From Octopus bimaculoides (lineage: Eukaryota): DNA of 47,573 nt. A program made the position numbers and the translations under genes. The stretch is from assembly GCF_001194135.2 (NCBI RefSeq), contig NC_068986.1:4975424-5022996 (forward strand). Direction: 5' to 3'. Positions 12,228 to 24,110 of the stretch are shown here, piece after piece (position 1 is the first letter of the stretch; each line of letters starts with the position of its first letter). The notes beneath the pieces are model-generated. The model saw only the letters and a list, made by a program, of their open reading frames with translations. It was not told the DNA's origin and did no database searches.

Positions 12228-12482
12228 GTGGTTAAAGCATCAGGCTAACAATCATGAGGTTGTGAGTTAGATTCCAGGATGGAGCAGTGTGTTGTGTTCT
12301 TGAGCAAGACACTTTATTTCACGTTGCTCCAGTTCACTCAGCTGTAGAAATGAGTTGAGAACATTACTGGTGCCAAGCTGTATCAGCTTTTGCATAAGTG
12401 ACCTTGCCTGGACTTGTACCTCAGAGAGAAACTCTGTAGGTGCAATCCCATGGTTATTCACGACCAAAGGGGGTCTTTACTG
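12228..12482 (+). mobile_element. tRNA-derived SINE (family C)
   Basis: gtggttaaagc...gtgagttagattcc...gtgttgtgttcttgagcaagacactttatttcacgttgctccagttcactcagctg. Confidence 0.8.
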
Positions 12483-12824
12483 TTTACCTTTTTATTCTAT
12501 CAAATGTGATGCTTATTTATTTACATTGTTTTAAATTAATCATGCATTATCCTATAACTTTGAGATTTCAATGATGCAATTGTTTAATTTTACAATGACA
12601 TGGTAGGATAGGTGTGAGAGGCCAGACTTGGCTGGTTTGAACATAAAACAGGTAGAATATTTGGGTCAGATATGGCTGGTTTGAATGCTAAAGAGCAATA
12701 CCATTGCATATGATAAAGAAACAGACTCAACTTGCACTTACCTTGTAAATGCTAAACCTTTTAGCAGTGTAACGATTGCAGCATGGAAGACATAGCCATT
12801 CAGAAACACACACAGAGACTTCAC

Positions 12825-13053
12825 TTAACCCTTTTGATACCAACCCACCTGAAATAGCCTCTGGCTCTATAGTACAAATGTCTTGTTTTCAAAAGTTCTG
12901 AATTAAAATCTTCCACCAAACCTTAGTCACAATTTATGTTCCTAACACTAGCTTAATGATAACTAAGTTATTTTACTAAATTCTTTGTTATATTTAAAAT
13001 AATTGAAAGAAACACAGAGCATCTCAAAATAAATACAGTAACAAAAGGATTAA
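12825..13053 (+). mobile_element. piggyBac-type MITE with TTAA at both ends
   Basis: TTAA-cccttttgatac ... gtaacaaaagga-TTAA. Confidence 0.85.
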
Positions 13054-13438
13054 ACATTCATTTGCAATAGGGTGTCAAAATTATCATCGTTTGAAACTGC
13101 AACGTTTTCACAGACAAAATATTCTGCTGTATTTTTTTGTTAGTGAATAGGTTGTTGTTTTGAGAATGTCTTACAAACAACAATCACTAGAGTTTCAGCA
13201 CATGATCTCAGATCAAAACAATTGTTATGCAAGTGCATCTCTGTAATAACTAATGTAATCAAGTTTATTATGAACCTAAGGATTCAAACCTTTGACTTGT
13301 ATAGCAGCCTTATATACATCTCTGCCAAAACAACATTCCAAACTTTCCACTGCTGCTACTACCACCACCACCATCATTACTACTACAACTACAACTACTA
13401 TTATTACTACTACTGATTATAATAATAGATGCAGTACC

Positions 13439-13670
13439 AATGCCCTGATGCATTACCAGGCAATGGCTCTCATGGCTTCTGAAGAAAATTCTAACTGGGC
13501 CCCACTTGGAAGGTCATACACTGTTTATCTTGATAAGAGCTCACCATGTCAAGCACATATGGTTATGATGTAGGTGCCTTATGTACCCTTATCAGGCAGG
13601 TAGTAATGATAGGTATACTGGGCTTCATATATTTGTACCCCAGTATCACTTTGATGGCATGCACTGCTCT
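13439..13670 (+). mobile_element. Internally deleted copy of (TAA)n-associated element X, fused to a Dong-type LINE
   Basis: Matches both ends of 15005-15545 but lacks its central ~310 bp. Confidence 0.8.
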
Positions 13671-14946
13671 GGAGAAAGAAATGACAGAACAATTTAAGGT
13701 GGAGTACTTGTGCAGACTGAGACTGATCCTTAAGTTGAAATTAAACAGATGGAATAACAGTTTCACTCCTTAGATATGGGGCAGGGGTAATCGCATATGA
13801 ACAGTAGACAAACTAAACAGCTTAGACAGAAAGATAAGGAAGTTGCTAACTAGACATGGATACTCCACCCAAAAAGTGACACTGACAGACTATATGTACC
13901 AAGAAAAAGATGGGGAAGAGGACTCACTGGATGTGAACACAGCACTAAAGCAGAAGAAAACAACATAGCATGGTATGTAAAAAATGCCATAGACCCACTA
14001 TTATTAGAAGTAAGAAGGTCAGGCTTGTGTAGGATGAAAGATTGAAAAGATAAAGCACTGTACAAGGAATTGAGAATGAATGAAACTGAAAATAGGTGGA
14101 TAAAGAAAAGAATGCATGGTCAATTTCATAAGGATGTTGAAGATAAGACAGACAGAGAAAAAATATGGCTGTGGATGACTAAAAGTGATTTAAAACCATA
14201 AACCATAAACAGAGGCTCTAATCTGTGCTGCCCAAGAGCAAGCACTAAGAACAAACTATATAAAATACAGAATAGACAACACATCAGAAAGTGATAAGTG
14301 CAGAATCTGTGGACAAAACGGTGAAACCATATGGCATATTACCATCCAATGTACGCCACTAGCCCAGAAAGAATATAAGAGATTCCATGACAATATAGCC
14401 AGGCTTGTCCATTGGATACTTTGCAACAAGTGTGGACTTGACAGAGCAAAAAATTGGTACGACCACAAACCCGAAGGCATCGTCAAAAACAAAAATGCAA
14501 AGATCCTATGGAATTTTATGATTCAGTGCGACCATGAGATAGAGAATAGGGAGCCAGACATATTCTTAATTGAGAAAGAAAATAAACTATGCTGGATCAT
14601 AGATATAGCATTCCCAGCTGACAACAAGGTGTGTGATAAGGAAGAAAGAAAAGTTGAGAGATATGACAGGTTAGCTTGAGAAGTTAAGCAGTTGTGATCG
14701 ATGAATAAGGTAGCAGTAGTACCAATAATTGTCGGAGGCCTGGGAACAGTGAGCAAAAACTCTCAAGAAGTACGTGGAACAAATAGGGGCTGCAATAAGG
14801 GTGGAGCACTTGCAGAAAACAGCACTGCTTGGAACTGCCCGAATATTCTGGAAGGTGCTCGGAAAATAAGAAGTGTTACCTTAGTTCCCTGGTAGTGAAC
14901 AACTGACACTGTAGTAGATCTCCAGCGTTAGAAGCTGTGCAAAGGC
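13669..14946 (+). mobile_element. 5'-truncated, decayed R4/Dong-clade non-LTR retrotransposon (post-RT region, CCHC knuckle, RLE endonuclease)
   Basis: EKEMTEQFKVEYLCRLRLILKLKLN; LHPKSDTDRLYVPRK..GRGL; KRMHGQF; EALICAAQEQALRTNYIKYRID; CRICGQNGETIWHITIQC (14299-14352); EPDIFL..IIDIAFPAD...ERKVERY; VVPIIVGGLGTV. Ends in (TAA)n; stops and frameshifts present. Confidence 0.9.

Positions 14947-15004
<58 letters not shown>
14947..15004. repeat. (TAA)n array
   Basis: Directly visible; the known target type for Dong-like elements. Confidence 0.95.
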
Positions 15005-15007
<3 letters not shown>

Positions 15008-15545
15008 GCCCTGATGCAATACTAGGCAGTGGCTCTCATGGCTTCTGATCTTAACTGATTGGAAGTGTTATCATGTACATTGTTTTGACTTAGTATAAAA
15101 GATGGGCTACAGAAAATATTCTGCTCAATACTATAGATTTGCTTGTCAGTTGTTTGATCTTGACCAGTTAAGCATGTACCTTAGTGGCTGACGATATGTG
15201 CATCTCTGATTATGGGCAGAAGTAGTGGGGGAGTATCATAGCCATGTGTTGAGAGGAATTCTTTGGGGTTTGAATAATTCACCTCTGGAAACATGGGTGT
15301 TTCATTCATCATCCTTAAACAACCCTTATTCAGGGACCTTTTGAGTGGGATGGGCTACTCCACCTGATGAAAATTCTGGGCCCCATGCGCTGTTTATTTT
15401 GATATGAGATCACCATGTCATGCACATATGGTTGTGATGCTTGTGCCTGGTGCACCCTAATCAGACAGGTAGTCATGAAGGGTATACTGGGCTTCGTATA
15501 TTTTACCCAGTGTCACTTTGATGGCATGCACTGCTCTCTCACTCA
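15005..15545 (+). mobile_element. About 540-bp non-coding element X between (TAA)n arrays
   Basis: Begins aatgccctgatgc, ends gcactgctctctcactc+aata. Other pieces at 13439-13670 (+) and about 37408-37520 (-). Confidence 0.8.
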
Positions 15546-15629
15546 ATATTATTAATAATAATAATAATAATATTAATTATAATAATNNNNNNNNNNAATA
15601 TTATTAATAATAATAATAATAATATTAAT

Positions 15630-15690
<61 letters not shown>
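15546..15690. repeat. (TAA)n array with a 10-N gap (15587-15596)
   Basis: Directly visible. Confidence 0.95.
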
Positions 15691-15696
<6 letters not shown>

Positions 15697-16575
15697 TATA
15701 ATGATACCACTACTTAAACTCGCCTTGTTTAGGAGAACCACTATAAATGCTACTTCTACTGCTGCTGCAGCTGCTATTACTCAATCTTGTCCTGTTTAGA
15801 GGAATCATTCTTTGAAAATCTTCCATCTTCTAAGTTTCATTCTATTCATTCTGAATACAGTGCCAGTGGAATAGAGGAAGAATAAGAAAAGAAAAATAAA
15901 CAAAAGACTGCTAAGTACCAAAATACTAAAATACCAAAAATCACTGTCAAGTGACCAGCTATAAGCACCCAGCCAGAACGACTGACCAATGCAGAAAAAA
16001 AAAAGTAAAAAAAGTTTTTAAAAAACCCCAGAACCAGCAACCCTACAGATTAGATGCAGTGTTACATTTTCAGTGAGCAGGTCACAGTTTCCATCACAAC
16101 AATTTTGACACCATATTATAAACAATAAATGTTTTAGTGAAGCTAACAGTCTTTGTGCATGTCTTCCATGCTACAATCTGTTTAAACACTAGACTGCTTC
16201 CTCAGTAGTCAGAAAATATTTCAGCTCTTAACTGTTCCATTTCTGACTCTCCACAAAAATCTAGTGCAATTCACTCAGGAGTAATATTTATATCAGTAGT
16301 TTCTAACTGAGGTGCTGCAACACCATAGGGTCATAGACAAAAGTATTGTGGCATTTTTTTTTGTTTCTTTTATCTGAATAATACAATTCAGTATTAACTA
16401 TTCAGTTTTTGTGCAATATGGAGTTGTGTATCTTAAACATGGGGAGATAGAGTGATGAGATCAGAGGAACACTTCAAAACCTTTGATCTATATATTTGGA
16501 ATGTTGCAACTAATGTTATAGCTACTGCTGCTGCATTCATGTCATCTTTGACTGCATACAAAATAAAAATGATAA

Positions 16576-16716
16576 GGCATGGCTGTGTGGTTAGAAGTTT
16601 GCTTTCAAACCATATTGTTCAAGGTTCAGTCCTAATGAGTGTGTTCTACTATAGCCTCTGACCAACCAAAGCCTTGTGAGTGGATTTGGTAGGAGGAAAT
16701 TGAAAGAAGCCTGTCA
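16576..16716 (+). mobile_element. Family A SINE head, ending at a 10-N gap (16717-16726)
   Basis: ggcatggctgtgtggttagaag...ggttcagtcc...gaaagaagcctgtc. Confidence 0.8.
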
Positions 16717-16726
16717 NNNNNNNNNN

Positions 16727-16900
16727 TGACTGTGGCCATGCTGGAGCACCACCTTTTAGTCTAAGACTTATTCTTTGTAAGCCTGATACTTATTCTATTG
16801 GTCTCATTTGCTAAACTGCTAGTTACAGGGACATAAACATATCGACATCGATTGTCAAGCAATAGTGGGGGGGGGGACAAACAGACACAAAGATACACAC
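16727..16900 (-). mobile_element. Family D SINE body
   Basis: tgactgtggccatgctggagcacc...gattgtcaagc...gggggacaaacagacacaaagatacac. Confidence 0.8.
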
Positions 16901-16958
16901 ATAGATATATACATATATACACACACACACATATATATGTGTGTGTGTGTGTGTGCGT

Positions 16959-17548
16959 GTGTATAAGAAGGGATGGCCACTAAGTGGACCTTCTTATACA
17001 CATGTAATACAATTCTTCTGAATTTTCAGATTTTTTTATATGCTAGGCCACTTGGTTTTAAATTGAATTAATATTCAATTTATCACCCACTATATATAAA
17101 TAATAATTTAAACAATTATGTTCTCCAGCTGGCAACATATACTGCAGTGAATTATTCTCTGCAGAATTGTTTCCGGAATTTGGCGTGCCAGAGCTGAGAC
17201 ATTTTGAAAAATAACCCCAATGTAATCGGTAGAACTGTACGTAAGTCTTATTTTATGAAGACAATTCGTGTATAGTTCTGCAAATTATATTGATTCTAGA
17301 ACGATTATGCTGAAGAGAGCACGGATGTTGTTACGTAAGTAAAACGTTAATGTTGAAACTGGTACACAATTAATTCTTTATTAAGTATATATCTCATTTT
17401 GTCTTACCCGCTTATGTTCTGGTGGTTTGCGAAATTTTTTTTCTGAAGAACATTATTTTTCTTTGTGGTTGGGTCGTTGATGACCTCTTTCTAGCATATC
17501 GGATGTCCACTTAGTGGTCATCCCTTCTTATACACATGTAATACAATT
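16959..17548 (+). mobile_element. 590-bp CpG-retaining element with nested inverted and direct terminal repeats and an internal hammerhead
   Basis: 31-bp inverted repeat 16959-16989 / 17505-17535 (1 mismatch); 26-bp exact direct repeat 16989-17014 / 17523-17548. Confidence 0.75.
17304..17370 (+). ncRNA. Type I hammerhead-like motif, slightly decayed
   Basis: Stem I ATTATG/CACAAT (5 of 6 pairs); CTGAAGA (17310-16); long imperfect stem II 17317-17354 with GTAA loop; GAAA (17355-58); ACTGGT (one C>T from palindrome ACCGGT); GUA site, cut after 17364. Confidence 0.65.
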
Positions 17549-18289
17549 TTTCTACCTTCTCTCTCTACAACAGTCTTTCTTTTCTACTTCTGTCTTTTCT
17601 CTCTATAACAGCCTTCCTTCCCAACCTTTACATTCACTACAGTAGCAAACATTCCCAACTTCGTACTTTTGCTTTCTCCAAAATAGTCCTTTTTCCTAAC
17701 AGTAACCTTCCTCTCTATCTGAGTCTACTATTCCTAATCCAGATCAATTTTTGACTTCCTTACTGACATCATTGATAAGTTGTTTTTGGTTTGTCTTTTA
17801 CTTTGATTGTAGGCATGGTGAGGTGGTGGGAGGTAGATAATTAAGAAGCTCGCTTCACTGCCATATGTTTACAGGTACAATCTCACTGTTGAATTTATGT
17901 TATTTCCTGGATCCAATCTGGTTACATTTTCTTTATTCCTTATTGAGAAAAGGTTGTCTGTTGTGTATCCCTGTGAGTCACATAGTCACACACAAATCAA
18001 GATGTTCCATATGACATACTTAAATGTCCATCATCAGGACATTGTGTGCATTAATATAAATTTGATGCAGTAACGTACATTATACTAAAACTGCAAAGAC
18101 TTTGTGCCATTATATGTAAAAAAAAAAAGTGGGATCTAACTATTCCTTTTAAAAATCATCAAATTGTGATTTTATATCATCTAGGACTTTAAACTAATTT
18201 GTAAAATTCCCATTTGCCCAATCGTTTTTTTTTTTTTCTAATTATTTACTAGATTCTAAAAGTAACAGGTCAAATATCAATAGATATCT

Positions 18290-18730
18290 ACTAAAATGAA
18301 ATACGCACATTCAAAACAACTGAAATGAAAGATCAGGATTCAAAACAAGTAGAATGAAGGATCAAAATTCAAACCAACTGGATGAAGTATCAAGATTCAA
18401 AACAATGAAAAATGAAGTATTAAAATTCAAAATAATTAGGATGAAGGATTAGAATTCCAAAAAACAGAAATGAAGTGTGAGGATTAAAAACAGAGGGAAT
18501 GGAAGATCAGGACTTGAAACAACATGAATGAAGGATCAGGATTCAAAACAACTTGAATGAAGGATCAGGATTTAAAACAACTGGACTGAAGGATCAGGAT
18601 TTAAAACAAATTAAATGAAGTGTCATGATTCAAAACAACTGGCATGAAGGATCAAGATTCAAAATATAGAGATGAAGGGTCAGGATTCAAAACTACTAGA
18701 ACGAAGTGTCAGGATTCTAAACAACTGCAA
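18290..18730 (+). repeat. 29-bp minisatellite, about 15 diverged units
   Basis: Consensus by eye GAATGAAGGATCAGGATTCAAAACAACTG. Confidence 0.9.
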
Positions 18731-19574
18731 TGTAAATTGAACTGCTCCCACTTCCAGTGATTTAGTACTCAACAGACAAAGCCACGAAAGTAATTAGTTT
18801 TTTGTAAACTATCAATCCCTATTTATTTTCTGCTGTTTGCTTTATTTTTTGTTTTAGCACTTGAAAATACAGAAGTAGAATTTTAAACTAATTTGAGTTA
18901 CTTCTTCGTTTGCCTCTATCATCAACTTAATATTCTGTCATGTTTCATTCTTTGGTATATTGTAACTTCATTAATGATATTGTTTAATTAGACATGCTGT
19001 CCATGGCTACTAATACTATACATTTTTTCATATTATTATTTTTGACATTACAAAACAAACCAGTAATTACTACACATATTTTTCATTTTAATTTTGTCAT
19101 TTATTTGCTCTTATATTTAGCTTGTATAAATCAGGTAATCTTCTAATTAGAATTTTTATATGTTTTTGGCTTAATTTTTTAATGTTATTTGACTATCATC
19201 ATAAGTTTAATCATGTTTAGGACATTTATTATGGGATAACTGTTAAACAAAGAATATCACCAATAGATGTTATGTATATTAATGCATCCTGTTCAGCAAG
19301 ACATGTGAAAACATTTTAGAATATGAATACTAATTATAGGATGGGAGTATGTGGAGAAGGGCTGGTAGAAGTAAAGAATGATCAAAGCAAGCATAAACAA
19401 CAACATGTCTGAGATAAACGTTTTTGTGTTTTTTTTTATTTATTATTATTATTTTCTATTTTTCTGAACATGATGGAATAGCTTTGAAAAATTCTGCATA
19501 CAGCATATCTCCATAAATCATTTGTTTGTTCGTTTTATGTTCATTTTCCCATGCTAGCATGAGTTGGGCAAATA

Positions 19575-19797
19575 TATAAAGGGATGCTGAGAAGTTCCTG
19601 GCTTTGGGTAAAAGAAAATACAGAAGGATCTGTTAATTATGGTTTTATTCAACATATTCCTCTCTCTCACATTCACACACTTATTGCAGTAGTCCTTCAG
19701 TTTTTCTAAGTCCTGTAAAAGAACTTGGAAGTTTGGGCCTTCAACCAGACCTTTTGAGATACCCTTAGAGCCAGGAAATTTTCAGCACCCCCTTGTA
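19575..19797. mobile_element. mariner-type MITE (~220 bp)
   Basis: TAtaaagggatgctgagaagttcctggct ... agccaggaaattttcagcacccccttgTA; an inverted homolog lies at 28400-28612. Confidence 0.85.
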
Positions 19798-19967
19798 TTA
19801 TTGTACCATTGTTTTATGGCTGTATTCTCTTCCTGTTACTAATTCTTAACTACTTTACAAGTAAGGGATCTATTCCATGCATCTTTGAGGGTAAAGGATA
19901 TGTCAGGAAGAGCAACACTGCTTTGAGAAAAATAGTTGTTATATATATATATATATATATATATCAT

Positions 19968-20753
19968 GTCTCCTTTTTTCAGCAACAGCTTGATGCATTG
20001 GTGAAGTCAACTGCGTTGGAGAGCATAAGGATTAAAGTTGTTGCCTGTATCATGATGATCCATGCCTGTATCATGATGATCCATGCCTGCATCATGACTG
20101 TTGCTCAATGCTTTGTGAACACTGTAAAGGCTGTAAGACATGACAGCTGTAATGGAATCTACAAAACCATGGCCATCAGGAAGGGACACAGCAGGCGTTC
20201 TGACTGTGTCCACATGCCAGAACTCATCCAACAATTAATGAACAGGGTCTTAGGCTCAGTTCAGATAGCTATGTGAAGCTACTGGAGACTGTGGTCAAAC
20301 CCTAGCTGGAGAGGGTTGCTGCTGGAGGGCCATATGTGGGGCAGCAGGATTCAGTTTCTTGCCATACGTCTGGAAAGAGTCAGAAGTGGTTGTCGGAAAA
20401 TTTTTGTGACTCCACCAGTCCCAATTTCTGGCCTTCTAATTCCTCCACTTGTAATCCCATGAATTACTGTATATAGGTTGTGGTTGAGAAAGACACCAAC
20501 TACTCTGCCTACAACACCAAGGATGAGTTGGTGGCCAAGATGAAGGTGGTGTTAGCTCTTCCAGGGACACAGTGAAGGCCACACATGCCAAGTTCTGGAG
20601 CCACCTTGAGAACATGGTAGGAGCTGAGGGTAGTTACTTTATGTAAACTGTTATTTCCCAGCTACAACCCAGTTGATATTTTTTTTGATTTTTTAAAATA
20701 CTTATATTATTGGATGGGATATTGTGTTTTCATTACCTTTTAAGCACCCTGTA
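19968..20753 (+). mobile_element. Second DD37D/maT-like relic, 5' end lost
   Basis: Homologous to about 3310-4120 (PYVGQQDSVSCHTSGKSQKWLSENFCDSTSPNFWPSNSSTCNPMNY); ends caccctgTA; has a local 21-bp duplication near 20044-20085. Confidence 0.8.
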
Positions 20754-21429
20754 TATGTACATAGACATGCTCACACACACTGGGCTTGTTTTAGCTTTTC
20801 ACCTACCAAATCCACTAACAAGGCATGGTCAACTCAGTGCTATAGAAAAAGACGCTCACTCAAGATAGTATAGAGCGGGACTGAACCTGAGATCAGGCAC
20901 ATAGCCGTACCTACCTCTTTGTCTTAAATAATTCCACTAATGAATTCTTTCATCAATTATGTAACAAGTACTCTGAAGGTTTCATTTTACTGAGAAGGTC
21001 AGAACATGATCAAAACTTGTTCAGAGTTGTCTCCCATACAAACTAAGATAATAATACCAATAATAATATTAGTTAATGATTAATATGTTTTTTCCTCATC
21101 GCAATTATTTCTAGTCAAACTTTTAGTTCTCCATGCAGTAGATATGTTAACACTAACTTTTCTAACTTCTGCTTAGGCTAATTTGGCTAACATTTTCTCT
21201 ATTTACATTTTATTTATGCCACTTTCTTTTACCAACATATGCATAAATATAACAATACATCTGCTGTAAGATGGCACTAAGCTTCAAGTTTGTATTTCTG
21301 ATCCATCAAATCCTGCTCATTTCATTTGTTGCTCGAAATATCAGTGCTTTGCAATCATGTCTATTTTGCATTATCATAGAATCTGTCACAGCCTACTTAA
21401 TGTTTCTAACAAAACTGTTGATTTTTCAA

Positions 21430-21830
21430 CATGCGTGGTTAAGAAGCTCGTTTTGCAACTATGAGGTTTCAAGTTCAACCCCACTGCACAGCACTTTGGT
21501 TAGTGACTTTTACAATAGCCCTGTACTGACTAATGCCTTGAGAGTGAATTTAGTAGATGGAAACTGTGTGGAATCCTATTGTGTGTGTGTATGTTTGTGT
21601 GTGTATATGTGTCTATGTTTTTGTGTCTGTGTGTCACCCCCATCAGTGTTCAATAACTAGTGTTGTTTTTTTTTTTTACATCTCTGTAACTTAGCAGTTC
21701 AGCAAAAGAAACCAACATAATAAGTACCAGACTCTAAAACTGTACTGAGATTCTTTTGCTTCACTAAAACCTTTCAAGTTAATACCCCAGTATGGCCACA
21801 ATTGAATGTTTGAAACAAATAAAAGATGAA
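21430..21830 (+). mobile_element. Composite SINE: family A tRNA head, internal (TG)n, family D body
   Basis: Head and body are colinear here, suggesting A and D are parts of one SINE split by a variable microsatellite. Confidence 0.7.
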
Positions 21831-21844
21831 AGAGATATGTTGAA

Positions 21845-23020
21845 AGCTGCAAGAATGAAGTGCCAAAGTTCAAGACAACTGGAATGAGGAACCAGGATTC
21901 AAGATAAGATGAATGAAAGGGCAAGGTTTTAAAACAACTAGAATGAAAGATCTGATTCAAAACAACTGGAATGAAGGATCAGAATGTAAAAGAACTAAAG
22001 AGAAGAATTAGGATGCAAAACATGTAGAATGAAGGATCAGGGTTTCCAGAAAATAGAATGAAGGATCAGATTTCAAAACAACTGAAATGAAAGATCAGGA
22101 TACAAAATAAATGGAATGTAGGATCAAGATTCAAAACAAACTAGAATGAAGGATTGAGATTAAAAATATCTGGAATGAAGTATGAAGATTCAAACAAGTA
22201 GAATGAAATGTGAGGGCTCAACACGACTAGAATAAATGATCAGGATTCAAAACAACTACAATGAAGGATCAGGATTCAAAACAACTGGAATGAAGCTGAG
22301 GATTCAGAACAATTGCTTTCAAGCGTTAGGATTCAAAGCAACTGGAATAAAGAATTAGGATTCAAAACACCTGGAATGAAGCATAGGAATTCAAAAGGAC
22401 TGAAATGGAGGATTAGGATTCAAAACAACTAGAATGAAGGATCAGGATTCAAAACAGCTGGGAGGAAGGATTAGGATTCAAAACAACTGGCATGAGTGGA
22501 TTGAAAGATCAGGATTCAAAACAACTGGAATTAAGTGTGAGGATTCAAAAAAAAAACTGAAATGAAGGATTAGAACTTAAAACAATTGGAATAATGGATC
22601 AAGTTTTAAAACAGCTAGACTGAAGGATCAAAATTTAAAACAACTAGAGTGAAGGATCAGGATTCAAAACAACTGGGATTAAGGATCAGAAGTCAAAACA
22701 ACTGGGATGAAACATGTGGCTTCAAAACAACCAGAATGTCGGGTCAGTATTCAAAGATGGAATAAAGTGTCAGGATTCAAAACAAGTAAAATAAAGGATC
22801 AAGATTTTAAATGACTTCAATGAAAAATCAGAACTCAAAACAGTTAGCATAAAGGATCATACTTCAAAGTAACTTGAATGAAATGTGAAGATTCGAAACA
22901 ACTGGAATAAATGATCAAGATTAAAAATGACTTTGAATGAAGGCTCTCGGTTAAAAATTACTGGAATGAGGATTTGAGATTCAAAAGAACTGGGATGAAG
23001 AATCATGATTCAAACAATTT
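21845..23020 (+). repeat. 29-bp minisatellite, about 40 diverged units
   Basis: Same consensus as 18290-18730. Confidence 0.9.
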
Positions 23021-23308
23021 AAACTGCTTTCGTTTTTATTGACTTAGTATTAGTAATTAACAATTTGTAAACTGTCAATATTTACTTTTAACTGTTTACT
23101 TTGTTGTCATTTTTATTATTGTTGTATATTCATTTATTTATGTATTTAGCACTTGAAAATACAAAAGCTGGGCTTTAAAGTAATTAAAGAGTGACTTCTT
23201 CATTAGCCTCTATCATCACCAAGCTTAACACAACGTACATCATACTTCTAATGTCCCAAACACAGTCTACCTAGCACAATATACATAGATACATAATACA
23301 TGCATACA

Positions 23309-23339
<31 letters not shown>

Positions 23340-23894
23340 TATACTTTACCTAAGACTTCTAACACACTTTACATAAAACTCTCAAAACAATCTGTCTCCC
23401 AGGCAAAGAGAAAATGTTTTTGTTACCAACTAAGTCAATAGTTCAATAGCTTTTAAACTTCCTCCACCAGGATGAAAATATCAAACCTTGTAAAGTCATT
23501 ATTTTCGTTTTCTTTTTTTACATCAGAATATTCTGGTTTAAATTAAGACTTTTAACATTATTATTCTGTTACTCTCACAAAACAAACTGAAAGATCAATA
23601 TTGAAAATTAATTTGGTTAAAATATTCATTCCCACAATCTCTTTTATTACTCATAACATAGCACAAACTTTCCAAGCTGTCTTCACTTTTTATTTTTTAT
23701 TTTTTTTTTTTTTGTTACTGTCTCTGGAAACTGAAACACTTTTAGATATAAACCACTTTATAGAAACAAATAATTCAAAACTTTATCCATTTAATATCAT
23801 TTTGGATACGTTTCTATACGTTGCAAGAGAACTGCGATGTGAAGCAGATTCAGTGGAACTTTACAATAACAGTTGACATTAAAAATATAATTCA

Positions 23895-24055
23895 AACATG
23901 CTGTGTGGATGCAGTGTTTACTTCATGACCATGGGGTTTGGAGTTCAATTTCACTATATGGTACTTTTCACAAGTGTCTTCTATAACTATGTCAGACCTT
24001 GTTTGTGAAATTGGTGAATTGGTAGACAGAAACTCTATGGAAGCCAGTCTGTATG
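23895..24055 (+). mobile_element. Family A SINE head
   Basis: gctgtgtgg...ggagttcaatttcact...caagtgtcttctataact...gaaactctatggaagcc. Confidence 0.7.
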
Positions 24056-24073
24056 TGTGTGCATACTCCGTAT

Positions 24074-24110
24074 TCTTTCTGTTGAAGAGCGTAGCTCGAA
24101 ACATCAAAGA
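24074..24110 (+). ncRNA. Minimal type I hammerhead-like motif, decayed
   Basis: Stem I TCTTT/AAAGA; CTGTTGA (A6 substituted) plus an extra A; stem II GAGC-gta-GCTC; GAAAC-ATC (probably from palindromic ACGT-C by CpG decay). Confidence 0.5.

Noticed and set aside
15545-15640. Exact 42-bp direct repeat in the TAA array
   Set aside because: It flanks a 10-N gap exactly, so it is likely an assembly artefact.
18000-18050. Minus-strand CTGATGA with a GACAT/ATGTC stem and GGAACATC
   Set aside because: GAAA is altered and stem I does not pair; too degraded to call.
18290-23020. 29-bp repeats as a CRISPR array
   Set aside because: Units are contiguous and diverged, with no unique spacers and no cas genes; the context is eukaryotic.
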